Virus record (IMG/VR): IMGVR_UViG_3300029267_006021
Length of the DNA: 64,000 nucleotides
Source: a virus
Direction: 5' to 3' (one strand)
In this document: one piece after another, positions 11,138 to 23,206 of the stretch
Position numbering within the stretch: the first letter of the stretch is position 1
Layout: the number at the start of each line of letters is the position of its first letter
Made by a program: the position numbers and the translations under genes
The notes under the pieces: generated by a model
Database searches by the model: none
Told to the model about the DNA's origin: nothing
Seen by the model: only the letters and a program-made list of their open reading frames with translations

Positions 11138-11179
11138 TACAATAGAAAGGAAAATTAGTGGATTATAGATTAGAGGTGT

Positions 11180-12085
11180 TTAAAATCCGGCATCTATAAT
11201 TAAGCGGAAATCATGCAAATATGCTTGGCGTGCTGTATTAGGAGCACGGCTAACAACAACAAAATAAGGCTGCAATTGAGCTGCTCTTAAATCTGCGTAT
11301 TCTGCTCCGGAAATATCTAAACCTGATGCGATTGTCTCTCCATCAAAATGACAAGTTACTGAATTCCCGTCATCACTAATATTAAAACACATTCCATAAC
11401 GTTGTGTAGCTACTGGGACGCCTATTGAGGCATTATAACGCTCAACTCCTCCCGATCTTATAATAAAATGTGCAGAATTATCGACATCTGTATCAATTGC
11501 CAACCAGATACAATTATCCGGATAAGCAAAAGCATTTGTTCCTGTAGATTTTGAACTATCAACTAAACCACACATATGAGCAATAGACGTGGTCTGCTGA
11601 ATTGAACAAATAGAATGAAAATGCGGAGAAATGCTATTAATGATTGGGTAATTGCCACCCCAATGTACTGCAGTATAATCATTATCCTGGCCGCCCGCAG
11701 GTACTCCTATTATTAAACCTCCGCCTATCTCATTCGCTGGATCAAAACAGGTATCATCTGGAGCAACAGCCCCATTCTTTCGACCATTTACTACCCAGGA
11801 TTGCTCCATATTCAAACCTAAAATAGATGGTACAAAATCCACAGCCGTTATAAATCTTTCCCTAAATACGCGTGCGGGCAAAGCGTCCCATAAAACCCAC
11901 TGACCAGTGATTCCCTGACAAAGATGCCACCATTCAACTCGCCCCTTCGTTGTATTATAAATGCGTTTTACATTTGAGCCATATTGAAGAAACTCAGGAA
12001 TCTGATCAATAGATTGATTATTTTTAGCGACTGTTTCAAGCAAAAATTTTTGAGCTTTATTTAAATATTCTAAAAAAGTCGTCAT
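11180..12085 (-). CDS. Putative virion accessory protein (beta-sandwich-like C-terminus)
   Basis: 301 aa, Gly/Asn/aromatic-rich; late-type box at 12129-12141. Confidence 0.45.
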   Translation of the reverse strand: MTTFLEYLNKAQKFLLETVAKNNQSIDQIPEFLQYGSNVKRIYNTTKGRVEWWHLCQGITGQWVLWDALPARVFRERFITAVDFVPSILGLNMEQSWVVNGRKNGAVAPDDTCFDPANEIGGGLIIGVPAGGQDNDYTAVHWGGNYPIINSISPHFHSICSIQQTTSIAHMCGLVDSSKSTGTNAFAYPDNCIWLAIDTDVDNSAHFIIRSGGVERYNASIGVPVATQRYGMCFNISDDGNSVTCHFDGETIASGLDISGAEYADLRAAQLQPYFVVVSRAPNTARQAYLHDFRLIIDAGF

Positions 12086-12165
12086 CCGTGAATCCCTTAA
12101 CAGAGTTAAAAATCATTTTTTAAGAAGTATTAGTGAATTATGAAATGACAAAAATTAAGAAGGAG

Positions 12166-12216
12166 GTGAGATCACATTAGCTAAAGCACATGGCTTTCTT
12201 TGTTTTGATCATGTAA
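12166..12216 (-). mobile_element. IS200/IS605-type right-end / omegaRNA 3' remnant, copy 1
   Basis: AAAGAAAGCCATGTGCTTTAGCTAATGTGATCTCAC; 48/51 nt identical to 27278-27328; ends in TCAC. Confidence 0.7.
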
Positions 12217-12246
12217 ACTGCGGATTTAATGAATCATTTTAAAATT

Positions 12247-12792
12247 TCATGAATTCATTGATTTTGGAAATTCAATGAATTCACTAGGCACATGGTCAAC
12301 TAACCAAACATCATTTTCTGTATGGTGAAACTTGACTCCTGTTTCAGCTAATTCTTTAGCCTTGATTTTTAAGATTATAGGTTTTCCTTATCTAACTCCT
12401 ACTATATTTGCTGTCTTGACATCAGGTGATAGATGTACATGATGCCGATTCATTTTCAATAACCCTTGAAATTTAATGTGAGACAAAAATCTTTCAATTG
12501 TGCCATGGTAGAGAAATTCTGGCGGGTCTGTTGACTCATAGTCTAAATTAACACTAACTGAATGCCCTTGACGTGCTCTTATTTTTGTTCTATCGACGTT
12601 AAATTCAAATCTAGCTTTATTGTTTTGTTCTACAATTGTATTGAGTATCACAAGGTCTAAACCGGCTTTGTTAAGAAGATCTTGAACATCTACCCAGCCA
12701 TTCTCATCAAGAGTGATTCCGATCTTATCTGGCCGGTGTCTTAGGACCAGAGACAAAAATTTAGATTTGCGTGTTAGTTCTCTATGTTCCAT
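12247..12792 (-). pseudogene. kptA: RNA 2'-phosphotransferase (Tpt1/KptA) with one in-frame TAA
   Basis: SKFLSLVLRH, RARQGHS, LYHGT and RHHVHLS motifs. After TAA at 12388-12390 the frame continues GKPIILKIKAKELAETGVKFHHTENDVWLVDHVPSEFI to TGA at 12247. Confidence 0.9.
12250..12283. terminator. Inverted repeat at the 3' end of kptA
   Basis: TGAATTCATTGA-N10-TCAATGAATTCA. Confidence 0.45.
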
Positions 12793-15700
12793 TAAATTCT
12801 CTAACAGTTAAACATCCAGGAAGAATCTCATTATTCTCGTCTCTCTGAAGGTCACTCGATAATTGGCGGGTCCGGATTATTATCTTTCGATCTGCAAAAA
12901 GATCTTTATTTAAGGCTTTTTGAAGCATTTGAGCACGAACTGCAGGGATGTTTTGGTCAAGGTCAATATCTTTGATTTCAACTGAGATACCTAAGTTCTT
13001 TAAATAGCTCTCAATAAGCAAACATGTAGTCGTCTTCCCAACACCGGGTTGGGATGAAATATCGATGTAGATTTCATTCAGCATGAGATGATTCTTTCAA
13101 AGATTCTCGAGGTATATTGTGAACTCGTTTGCTCCAATCTTTTGGCTCTAAATGTTCTTGCCATCTACCTGGCATAGACATGTTGCATCTCTCGCATTGA
13201 CGAACGCACCATTTGTTAGGAAACTCAGCAGATGATTGTGGCTTTCTCTCGCCGCCTTCTGAGGTGCCTGGATCATCAGGAGCAATAGGCACTTCATCAT
13301 CTGCATACCAAACAACATCATCTTCATTATCTGATAATTGCTCATGAGGTCTATCACTAATCCCCCATGCCTTGTAACAGTTACCATCACAAACTACTTT
13401 AGCTTTTTGACCACAATACCAAATGATATCTTCAGGCATTAGAGCCTTCCTCAAGCATATAATCTGCTTCATATGGATTTGAGTCATTATGGCACATCCA
13501 TTTAGCAATTTTTTTCTCTTTAACTAACTGTTCCAAAGCATTCCAGAAATAAGGATGGGTGTTAGGAATCTTGATCGCGTCAGCAAGAGTACAATGATTA
13601 ACCCACTCATCATGCGCTGAGTCACCTTTTATGCACTCTTCTTTTTTCTTTCGAAGATATCTTAAAATCTCTCTTTTAACCTCATCTATTTGCATCTCAG
13701 TTTGTCTCTTTACGAATGCTGCTTCAGACTTGAGCGAAGGTCCTCCTGGGGTTCCACCCAAAGAGTCCATTGCTTCTATAATGCCGAGTGGGTCATATGG
13801 ATCATAACTCATTTGCTGTATTCTCGATCTAAAGTACAAAGTGCCTTAGAAATTTTATGTGAGGGCCTACGCTTCTTTTCTTTACCTCTCCCTCCTACGT
13901 CACTTAAAGGGCATTCATCACAATACATAATGTGGTCTTCGTCATGATTATGAATACACTTTCTAGCAATCTTGTCTCTTGCCCATTTAAGAGCAGATTC
14001 AAGAACTTTGATCTCTCTTCTAAGAGCTTCGTAGTCTTTCTTTGTTCTTAAATTGTTAAACTCTTCTTTTGTAAGGATATAGTACATTATGACTCCTTAG
14101 AAAGATCTTGAATCTTTTGCTCGATCTCTTCTAATGTTTCTTCAACAAATTTACGAACTTCAGCGAGTGAAAGATTTTTGATCTGTTGTAGGATATCTCG
14201 TTGTGCGAGGAAATGAACTAAAGCAGCATCTTTTTCTTTTGATTCCATCATTCACCTCATCGGTGATAAAAACATCCGGGCTTATGATTTGGATCTCTTT
14301 TCAAGTTCTTTATTGAGATAATTCAAGATATAATTCTCTTTGTTTCTCTTTGCTTCGGCAATCCAATTGCGTAACGCTGAAAGAGGGACATAAGAAGTTG
14401 CTTCACAAAACACACCATTAAAAGGACAACGTTCACTCACTACCCAATCTTTCTCGAAATGTCTATTTAACTCCTCTTCAAGCTCATAATTGCGTAATTT
14501 TGGCCATTCATATTCATGAAAATAGCGAACAAAGTTAGCATCGAGTTTCTCTCTCTGCTTTTCCCATAGATCTGACAATTTGCTTATTGCTGCTGACCGA
14601 GAAATAAGGTTAGGATTATCCATTAACTTTTTGTGCTACCTCAATGCATTTTTCACAAGTTACTTCTTCTCTTTTAGCAGACCAACGAACAAATTTTGGG
14701 TCCTCACCACAAAGGGTTAAATCTGGAACACTAATAAGGCCTTTCCAATGGACCTCACCATCTAAATGGGAGTTTTCAATCCAGGAACCTTGGGGATTTA
14801 CAGGTTGCCCAAAAATAAAGCTATTTTTATTCATCATTCACCTGTTTAGCAAACTTACCTAGAGATCTTGAAAGGGCATATCGAGCGTCATTAAGAGCAT
14901 CCTCTACCCGCCACACTTCTTTTAAGTCCATAACTCTTCTATAATCTGCCAGCCATTTTTCACAAGACTCGACTAAAGTACGCAAATGATCAGCATACAG
15001 ACATCTTACCATGAGGCTTTCTTTACCTTTATTGGCAAGATACTGTGGCCACCATTTTGGTTTACTCATTATCTTATTCTACTCATTCTTATCAGACCAA
15101 TTTTTGTCGTATGTGACAGTTCCTCCTGGACCTTCTTTTCGAATGTCAGGGTCCTCTTCCCCTTTCAAATCTCTCTTAGAACCTGGGCATCCTTCATCAT
15201 TTTGAGGGCAAAGCCCAATACACATGAAAAGAAAAGTACCAAAAAAAGAACCAATCCACTCAAAAAGATCTTCCATAGTCATCTCCTTTAATCTGGGGAG
15301 TCCTCATCTTTAAAACTATATTTAGATTCTTCTGGATCTTTCCAGAATTCAAAGGCTTTACCTTCCATCATACACGCACGATACTCTCGTTCTTCTTCAA
15401 TTTCTTCCCTTGCTTCCTTGCTTCCATAACAAACGCCATCCCAAACCTGCTTAAAATGCTCTAATTGGAAAATGTACTCCTCATCTAGAATCTTATCACA
15501 GATATGACAAATGAAACGACCATTTTTAGGAGTTGGAAGCCAAAAATGTTCTTTCTTTGCTAAATATTTAGAACGTTCTCTATTAAAGGCTTCTTGGTGT
15601 TCTTTTTTAACACCTAAAATTCGAGTGCGGTATTGCTTATATGTTTCTCTTATTTTGATTTTTAGTTCTGTTTTATTTGGGCCTGTAGCCATTTTAACGA

Positions 15701-16504
15701 ATTGTTCTCTTTGTATTTTATCTGCTTTTTTAACAAGGCATTCATCACAAATTACAAAGTGTAATATCTCATCCTCAAAAAGCGGATCATATTTTGTACT
15801 GCCATAATTTCCATGGGTCTGACAAAGGATTCCACCATAAACTGGAAAACTACAAAGAGTATCTCCTACTTCAGCTTCTTCAGTTTCTAAGGGTTTATCA
15901 CAAATAAGACAATGCATAATTTTACGTTTTATTTTATTCATTTTTAACCTCTTAACCAAACCAGTAGAAGGTCTCCACTCCCTCTGACGAGTCAACTTGC
16001 CTGCTTCATAGCCATCGCCTGTCTTCGAAGAGATTATTGAGCCTACTGCTTTCGCCCGTCACCACTCAAGCGCTCGCGGCTGTGCTCCACAGACTTGGGT
16101 TGATTCCCTTCCTCGACGGGACACATAGTTTTGTCCCTCGCCTCACTGGTTTGTTTTTTGAAAGACTCTAGATCTTCTCTCAACATTTTATTTTCAACAA
16201 GTACTCCCTGAACACAACTTTCTAAAGACATATCAGGATAAATCTGACCTTCTTCATCCAGAAGATTATGAATTTTTTTCAAAGTTGTTGTATGGATGAT
16301 GAGTTGTTCATTAAGGTCTGCAATCACACCCTCGTATTTTTTGGTACGTTCAAGATCTTTTTGAAACCCTAACCGATACAAATCTTGTGCCTCTGCGAGT
16401 TCTTTAATTTTTTCTACAAGCAAATCAATAATTTCTTCTTTACTTGCAAAGAGAAGTTTTTGCTTGAAAGACTGAACTTTCGGATCTTTTTTAAGATCAT
16501 TCAT
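12782..16504 (-). other. Run of small, overlapping hypothetical phage genes (several Cys-rich; 12782-13084 has a P-loop GVGKTT)
   Basis: Tightly packed minus-strand ORFs with overlapping stop/start codons and GGAG SD sites. Confidence 0.7.
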
Positions 16505-16528
16505 TTTAATTACATCCTAATTTAATGA

Positions 16529-16611
16529 TGCCCAAGGTGGGATTCGGACCCACACGGTCAAAGACCACAACATTTTGAATGTTGCGCGTATGCCAATTCC
16601 GCCACTTGGGC
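16529..16611 (-). tRNA. tRNA-Leu(CAA)
   Basis: GCCCAAG acceptor, CAACA-TTCAAAA-TGTTG anticodon arm, long variable arm; T-loop TCCGAAT is atypical at position 55; no CCA. Confidence 0.9.
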
Positions 16612-16615
16612 ATTT

Positions 16616-17286
16616 TTAAAGGTCCTCTTTTTCAAATTCCTCTTTTGTAATTTCTTTAAATGTGGAACCTGAATTTTCCTCAAGTACGTCAGACATTCCA
16701 GTTCCAGTGCATTTACCAATTACTTCATTTGTATGCTCACTGATAATTTTATAGTAGGTCTCAGATGGGCTTTTATTGCAGACCCATTCTGTTACTGTTG
16801 AAGGAAGTGTCTCCGACATTTGAAAACTTACTGGTCTTTTGGAAATTCTCTCAATCCAATCTTCTACAATTTCAGCATGTTTCAAATGCCCACCTGCTTT
16901 AAGTGCTTTAGCAAAAATCTTAGCAAGGTCTAAACTAACTCCCAATTGCATAACATTTGATGGAAAATGAGGATCTTTAAACAATGGATCTACTGCAAGA
17001 TAATGTTTAGAATAATCAGACTGCACGTAAAGAGCAGGCATTTTTTTAGATAACGTACTTCTTAATTCTGTTTCCATTTCTTAAAGAAATTAGTAGCTTC
17101 TTCTTCTGTTTCCCAAAAAGCACGCGAATCTGTTGCGCCAGAGCGAATCTCACCGTCTTTGTATAGATGGAAAACTCCGCTAGGTTCGCAAATGTACCAA
17201 CCGCGGCTGTCAACTGTGCGAATAAATACTCTGCCAGTTTGAAATTGTCGGATAGTCTCATCCCCAGGCATAACTTTTTCTTGCAC
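16616..17286 (-). other. Two hypothetical genes (16616-17077 and 17062-17286)
   Basis: ORF track; SD upstream of 17286. Confidence 0.6.
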
Positions 17287-17311
17287 TGTTTCTCCTTGTT
17301 TTTGGCTTAAA

Positions 17312-18454
17312 CTACCATCCTTTAATTATACAAATGGGAGATGATTTATTTTCAGTAGTCCCATCACCCAATTGTCCATGATCATTATTACCCCAAGTCC
17401 AAACATTTCCATTAGATTCCAAAGCCATTGTATGCGAAGAACCTACCATAATACATACAATATTCTGAAGCCCAGGTACTTGTATTGGAAAATAGCTGTC
17501 ACTATTAGTCCCATCACCCAATTGTCCATGAGAATTAACTCCCCAAGCCCAAACTGTCCCATCATTTTTCAAAGCTACGGTATAATAACTACCGCATTTG
17601 ATATCAACAATTTCATCTAGAGTAATTATTTCTTTTGGAACTAAGCGATCAACAATCGTATTATCGCCAATCTGCCCATAATAATTATAACCCCAAGCCC
17701 AAACAGAACCATCTGATTTTAGAGCTGCTGAATGCCAACGACCTGCACTAACAGCAAAAACATCTGTTAAAATTTGAGTACTGACAGGGATTTGTCTAAA
17801 AGTACATGTATTATCTCCTAATTGCCCCTTCCAATTATTACCCCAAGCCCAAACAGTACCATCATTCTTTATAGCGAGAGAATGAGCATTGCCGGCAGCA
17901 ATTGCTGTCACATTACATATATCAGAACACCTTGGAGCTATGCGATCTGTCTGACTATCATCACCCAACTGCCCAGCATCATTAGATCCCCAACCCCAAA
18001 CTGTGCCATTCGATTTTAAAGCTAGTGAATGGCGACCTCCAGCAGCAATAGAAACCACATCAAAAATACTACTAACCAGCATAGGAATAGAACTATCTTC
18101 TGTGGTGCTAACCCCTAGCTGGCCTTTACTATTGGCTCCACAAGCAAAGACGGCACCCCTAAAATCCAAAATAAGCGTATGAGAATAACCTCCCGCAATC
18201 ATCGAAATACCCTGAAAATTCAAAGAAACAGGAGTATATAAGTCAATACAAGTCCCAATACCAAGTTGTCCTTTATCATTACAACCTACACAATCAGCAG
18301 AATAATTAGGATAACCTAAAAAAGTAAAGGAATCTCCAGCAGCCAAAGTTGAAACTTTTGTTTGAGGTCCCCAAACAAAACTAGTATCTTGCTCATACTC
18401 ACTGCATGAGATGATAAAGAGAGCAAGCGTTAAAAGAGAAGTTTTGATTCCCAT
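17312..18454 (-). CDS. RCC1/BLIP-II repeat beta-propeller lipoprotein
   Basis: About 7 repeats of HSLALKxDGTVWAWGxNxxGQLGD; signal peptide ending FIISC; GGAGGA SD. Confidence 0.9.
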   Translation of the reverse strand: MGIKTSLLTLALFIISCSEYEQDTSFVWGPQTKVSTLAAGDSFTFLGYPNYSADCVGCNDKGQLGIGTCIDLYTPVSLNFQGISMIAGGYSHTLILDFRGAVFACGANSKGQLGVSTTEDSSIPMLVSSIFDVVSIAAGGRHSLALKSNGTVWGWGSNDAGQLGDDSQTDRIAPRCSDICNVTAIAAGNAHSLAIKNDGTVWAWGNNWKGQLGDNTCTFRQIPVSTQILTDVFAVSAGRWHSAALKSDGSVWAWGYNYYGQIGDNTIVDRLVPKEIITLDEIVDIKCGSYYTVALKNDGTVWAWGVNSHGQLGDGTNSDSYFPIQVPGLQNIVCIMVGSSHTMALESNGNVWTWGNNDHGQLGDGTTENKSSPICIIKGW

Positions 18455-18641
18455 TACTAATCCTCCTAACTCTATTTTTTTTGTTACAGGAGAAATTTAG
18501 ATAGAGTTTACTATTTTTTGGAAATTAGTGAAAAATTTAAGGCGGGATTAGGTATTCCAGTTAGATTTGGTTATTTTTCTTCGATCAAGTGGTCTTGAAG
18601 TTTTCTTAGTGAAGTAGCGTTTGAGCCACCTACCTACGCTA

Positions 18642-21026
18642 CTAAGATGTTTCTGTTGTAGACGCCCCTTCCGACTCTTCATAATCAGGATACTTTAAAA
18701 CAACTCCTCGAGGGTCCCACCTTTCCCAACCGTTTTCAGAAAAACGAACAAATACTTCACCATAGACTTCATAATCACTTTTCACTTGTTCTTTGAGATC
18801 CTCTGGTATTTCTGGGAGGTTTGATCCTGGTCTCCAGAGGATAACAGAACTTTGACCAAAAGAACCAATTAAAGCCCAACCCTTCTCAGGATGTTTTGAA
18901 ATACCAACAGGACCAGGCATTTCATTTAAATAACGAATCCAAAGGTCTTCCGGGATCTCCTCTAAATTTGGATCCTCAATAAGGTATTTTTAGAACTCGA
19001 ATGCTTCTTTGCTTGGATGCTCTGACATTTGTTACCTTTCTGGCATTGGGCACCAATGTGTGAATGAACCTAAGCCTTCTCCTGTTTCAACAGATTGCCA
19101 ACCCTTATTTGACCAATCTGCTTTGCGTTCTTCCTCTTCCGAACGCCAAACAGTGTAGGTGCCATCAAAAAATGGACTATAATCAGAAAAAGGAATCCAA
19201 CGTTCTCGGGGTTCAGGTAGAGTGGACATCTTCATTAAATCTTTCAATAAACTCTTCAATTTCTTTTTCACCATAACCATAGAGACGACCAACTTCACGA
19301 TGTCTTTCAGGCGTGGGTTTTCTTTTCGAATGGATGTGTTTTAAAAGTTTATCGAGATCTTCTTCTCTCTTATAAAGGATTAAAGCAAAGCCTGGAAGAT
19401 GATAAATCTTCTCCTCACCTTTAGTATCAAATTCAACTTCTCTTCGCTTTCCATCAGAATCAACTTGTAGAATTCTGCCTGACCCATTCACTCTAATTTC
19501 TTGCTCATAATGATCAATATACAAGTGGACATCATATTGATTAGCAATAGGTTTAATTGCTGCTTTAAACTCTTTTTCTGATGCAGATACTTCAAAACAC
19601 AACTCATCTATATCATCAGTGACTTTTCGAATACCTAAAGAAACCGCCCTACAAAGGCAGTGAATATAACCTTTTTGATAGTCGTTTAAAAGTTCCTTAG
19701 CCATTTATTGCCTCAATTAAGCAGACACCGCAATAGCAAACGATACGCGAATACATGCCTCCACAACCGCTATCATATTCTTGTCCACATTTTAAGCAAA
19801 TATGAAGATTAGGTTCGTATTCTTCTAATAGAAGGCGATCTATCTTTCTGTTTTCTTTTTCAAACTGTTTTAAATCTTCTTTTGTTAGCACTTTAGACCT
19901 CCACTAAGATTTCTATTTGTTTTTATCTCTCTATGTTCTTTTAGAGTAGACTCTGTCCAACAAGAATGAGAACATTGCAGGCATTCCCAAATAACGCCAT
20001 ATCTGTATCTTTTTGCTGTTAGATGCTTCTTCGTGAGATGCTTTGCATTCATGTCGCGTTTACATTGTTTGCATTTATACGGCTGCATCATACTCCTTCG
20101 ACTACATCATCTAAGATATCATGTGCCCTTTTTATTGCATCAAAAAGAGCAAGATTAAGTATCTTCTCATCAATCTCTATGCCAACAGTATCTTTGTATT
20201 CCGGATTAGTAATCCTGTCAATCAACGCAGCATTAACTGAAATGCCATTGTCCTTGCCACTTAAATTTAGACTTACAATCTCGAGTTCTCGTCCTTTTAA
20301 ATTAGATAAATAACCGAGTAGTTCCATTAACTCATTTAGGTTTTCAATCTCAAAAACACCACAAGAATCACTATCTGGATCTTCTGGATAAAATGGTTCT
20401 CTTGTGTTCAACCATTGATCATAAAACTTTTGGTTAAAAATTTTCTCTGGAGTCCTTAAAGTGTTGAAAATTGCTCTTGCATCACCGAGCACTGTGAGTG
20501 ACCATTTTGGTGTGACGTTTAATCGCATGTTGATTTCTCACAATACTCATGTACATGATCATAGCCAACTTTGCTGATCACACTATACCAATCTCCCGGA
20601 AGGTCAAATAGCATCTTCATGAGACTATCTTTAACTATAACAAATCTGTCGAAATGATTAGCACTTTCTCTCTTAAGCCAATGTTGAATATCTTTACCTT
20701 CTCCCAACCATGCATCAAATTCTACAAGAACTTCATCTTCCACAGTATCGAGGACTTTCCCTGGCACACAACGACCCATCTTGCCATCCTTCTGCGGATT
20801 GAATCTAGGCTCTTTTCTTTTCTCGATATTGTTATTGTTCTGCTTTCAGATTGCGTGGATCATTATCATAGTCGAAACCCATCTGGTGATAACAATTCAA
20901 TGCGGACGCAACACATCGTGCTTTCTCAAGCGTCGGAGCATGACAAAGGACATGACCGCCTTCCTTACCAATAGGATAGGAACCATCTTTTCGGAGATGA
21001 AAAACAGTATAAGATCCGGTCATCAC
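18642..21026 (-). other. Cluster of small hypothetical genes
   Basis: Overlapping minus-strand ORFs in the track. Confidence 0.65.
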
Positions 21027-21057
21027 TATCTCCTTTACATTCGCTTAAATATTCTAA

Positions 21058-21143
21058 TGAGGCCAGTGAGGCTCGAACCCACGTGGGGCTGGTGCTCTCC
21101 TAATTAAAAGTCAAGTACCTTCGGCCAGACCTGGTTCGTCTGC
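21058..21143 (-). pseudogene. Degenerate tRNA-Lys(UUU)-like gene with long variable arm
   Basis: D-arm ACC..GGCCGAAGGT, anticodon arm CTTGA-CTTTTAA-TTAGG, T-arm GTGGG-TTCGAGC-CTCAC; the 5' acceptor strand does not pair with TGGCCTC. Confidence 0.6.
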
Positions 21144-21908
21144 TCTTTTCAAAACGATCTTTAATTGCTCTATTAATTGCTGAATATTAGATTTAACTTC
21201 TTTAGCAGTAAATCTTAAAACTTCCCAACCTCTACTTCGTGACCAAGCATCTCTTCTTTGGTCAATTTTCTTAACTTTTTCTTGTAAATGGGTTCCGCCG
21301 TCAATCTCCACATCTAATTTAATCTCTGGGAAAGCAAAATCATACTCATAAAGACCAACTTGATATTTATACACCCAACCTACAATATTGTTTTCTTCCA
21401 AAGATTCCATAAATCTTTTTTCTGGATAACTCATTTTTGAGGAATGATTTAACCTATAAGGTATTTTATCAGGATGTTTCTTAAGGTATTCTATTCGCGA
21501 TTTCGATATGCGGTCTTTTGTTTCTTGAGGATGTTTCTTTCCTTTAAAAGAAGGTTTATTTCTACCAGATTTATAGCCCTCATGACATGCCGTTGCATAT
21601 CTTTTTACTCGTTCATCTGTTTCTTTTGTTAAACCTTTATTCCAAGCCTGCTTATCACCCTTCTTTGGATTAAATTTTTGTCCTTCTTTTGTATGCATTC
21701 TCCAAACATGACTGCCTATGCCTTTCTTTGAAAATTCTTTATTACAATCTGGACACTTATACTTTCCATTAGGTTGTTTCCATTTTTCTTTAACTCTATT
21801 TGAATTTTTAGCTTTTCCATCACAAACTTTGAAATGTTTTTCAAAGTTAGAATTTGTTATTAATCGGCCGCACTTAGTACACGATTTTCTAGGACGTGGT
21901 TTAGCCAT
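21111..21908 (-). CDS. Homing-type endonuclease: C2H2 zinc fingers, NUMOD-like motifs, DUF559/Vsr-like nuclease
   Basis: CxxC...H fingers, AWNKGLTKETD, FKGKKHPQETKDRIS, YEYDFAFPEIKLDVEIDGGTH...RDAW...GWEVLRF. Confidence 0.85.
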   Translation of the reverse strand: MAKPRPRKSCTKCGRLITNSNFEKHFKVCDGKAKNSNRVKEKWKQPNGKYKCPDCNKEFSKKGIGSHVWRMHTKEGQKFNPKKGDKQAWNKGLTKETDERVKRYATACHEGYKSGRNKPSFKGKKHPQETKDRISKSRIEYLKKHPDKIPYRLNHSSKMSYPEKRFMESLEENNIVGWVYKYQVGLYEYDFAFPEIKLDVEIDGGTHLQEKVKKIDQRRDAWSRSRGWEVLRFTAKEVKSNIQQLIEQLKIVLKRADEPGLAEGT

Positions 21909-22053
21909 CTTTTCATAACCTCGCAATGCTTTACCAACTAAACTACAAAGTTACGAAATCATTAGTAAAATATTATCGCTAAACTGCCGACCCAGAACAT
22001 CTTCTTCTGATGCCTTGAATAATTTGTTTAATTCTTCAAAATTGTCTGGAATC

Positions 22054-22812
22054 TCAAGATTCATCTGAAAACTTCCTGTCTTCTGAAAATTTGGTTGAGG
22101 AAATTAAATCTTTTTGAATGCATACTTGATGCTGCACCCCACGGTCTGTATGGACAAGATCAAGGAGGTCTTCCTGATCTAAAACAACGGTACCTTCAAA
22201 AACACGATCATCTTTTAGAGAAACACGAACATATTTTCCTACTGAAGAAGGTTCTCGCACATCTTTAATAAAATGGTTTCCAGATTCCCAAGGTTTATAA
22301 AATGCACATTCAGTAATAGACCGATGCCCATCCTCCCATGCCTCTTTTCGTTCAAAATCTACCCACAATGGAGTATAATTCTCATATCTGTATTCACCAT
22401 TTGGATGTGGAGGACGAAGGTTACAACGTCCTGAATACTGCATTGTTGGCCCAGTAAGAACCTTACAAGGTTCAAGTTTTGGTAGGTGCATACAAGTTAA
22501 ACATAAAGATCTCGCTCCTGAATCTTCTGTTTTTGGTTCAGACACTTCTCTGTCACTTTCAACTCTAAAGGTTGATTCTGGTAATTCTACAAGTTCACCA
22601 GCATCTTCCGGAACTCGACCTGCATGTCTTTCGCATAGAAAAGTATAAGTGCTAGCACTAATTAAACAATGTGTAGCCGAATTCTGGCATGGAAAACCTT
22701 TTTCTAAAAAATACTGCTTTTCTTTATCGATAATTTGATAATCCCGTTCATCGCACATACATTCGTGCTTTTCTGGTGGCCAACCTGGTTTAGGCCAATG
22801 GATTTTAACCAT
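22054..22812 (-). CDS. Hypothetical Cys-rich protein with Sm/SH3-like C-terminus
   Basis: ORF track; VGKYVRVSLKDDRVFEGTVV. Confidence 0.55.
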   Translation of the reverse strand: MVKIHWPKPGWPPEKHECMCDERDYQIIDKEKQYFLEKGFPCQNSATHCLISASTYTFLCERHAGRVPEDAGELVELPESTFRVESDREVSEPKTEDSGARSLCLTCMHLPKLEPCKVLTGPTMQYSGRCNLRPPHPNGEYRYENYTPLWVDFERKEAWEDGHRSITECAFYKPWESGNHFIKDVREPSSVGKYVRVSLKDDRVFEGTVVLDQEDLLDLVHTDRGVQHQVCIQKDLISSTKFSEDRKFSDES

Positions 22813-23206
22813 GTGCTGTTTCCCCTATACTTTCACTAAATCTTTAGCTTTGACACGAATCTCTGGGCAAGCCGGATATTCAACAAAAGTCACTTCAGCA
22901 GTCTTAAAATGACGAATGCAAACTTCACCTAACTTGCCCTTATGTTTTCCTTTGGTGATACGAACCTTATCACCGATCTGGAAGTCTTTTGCTTTCATTT
23001 TGATATCTCTCATATTCAAATTCTTCTTTACATCCCTGACACTTTGGGCCAACTATCTGTGCGATACAAGACACAGGATTTCCACAAACTTTACATTTCT
23101 TATCTTCTACATCAGCATCAGCCCAAACCTCTTGGCAAATGCTACAAGACCATAACTCTTTAAGAAATTCATCAAATTTCAAAATTAAGTCCTTATAAGT
23201 ATTTAG

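Noticed and set aside
12157-12175. 16S rRNA 3'-end remnant
   Set aside because: The match is only about 10 nt and partly formed by the mini-element's TCAC end.
21095-21115. Ochre suppressor tRNA explaining the kptA stop
   Set aside because: The loop CTTTTAA places TTT, not TTA, at the anticodon.
21058-21955. One tRNA split by the endonuclease as an intron
   Set aside because: The upstream fragment's acceptor (AACTTTG) cannot pair with TGGCCTC, the downstream part has its own D-arm, and no intron core is visible.
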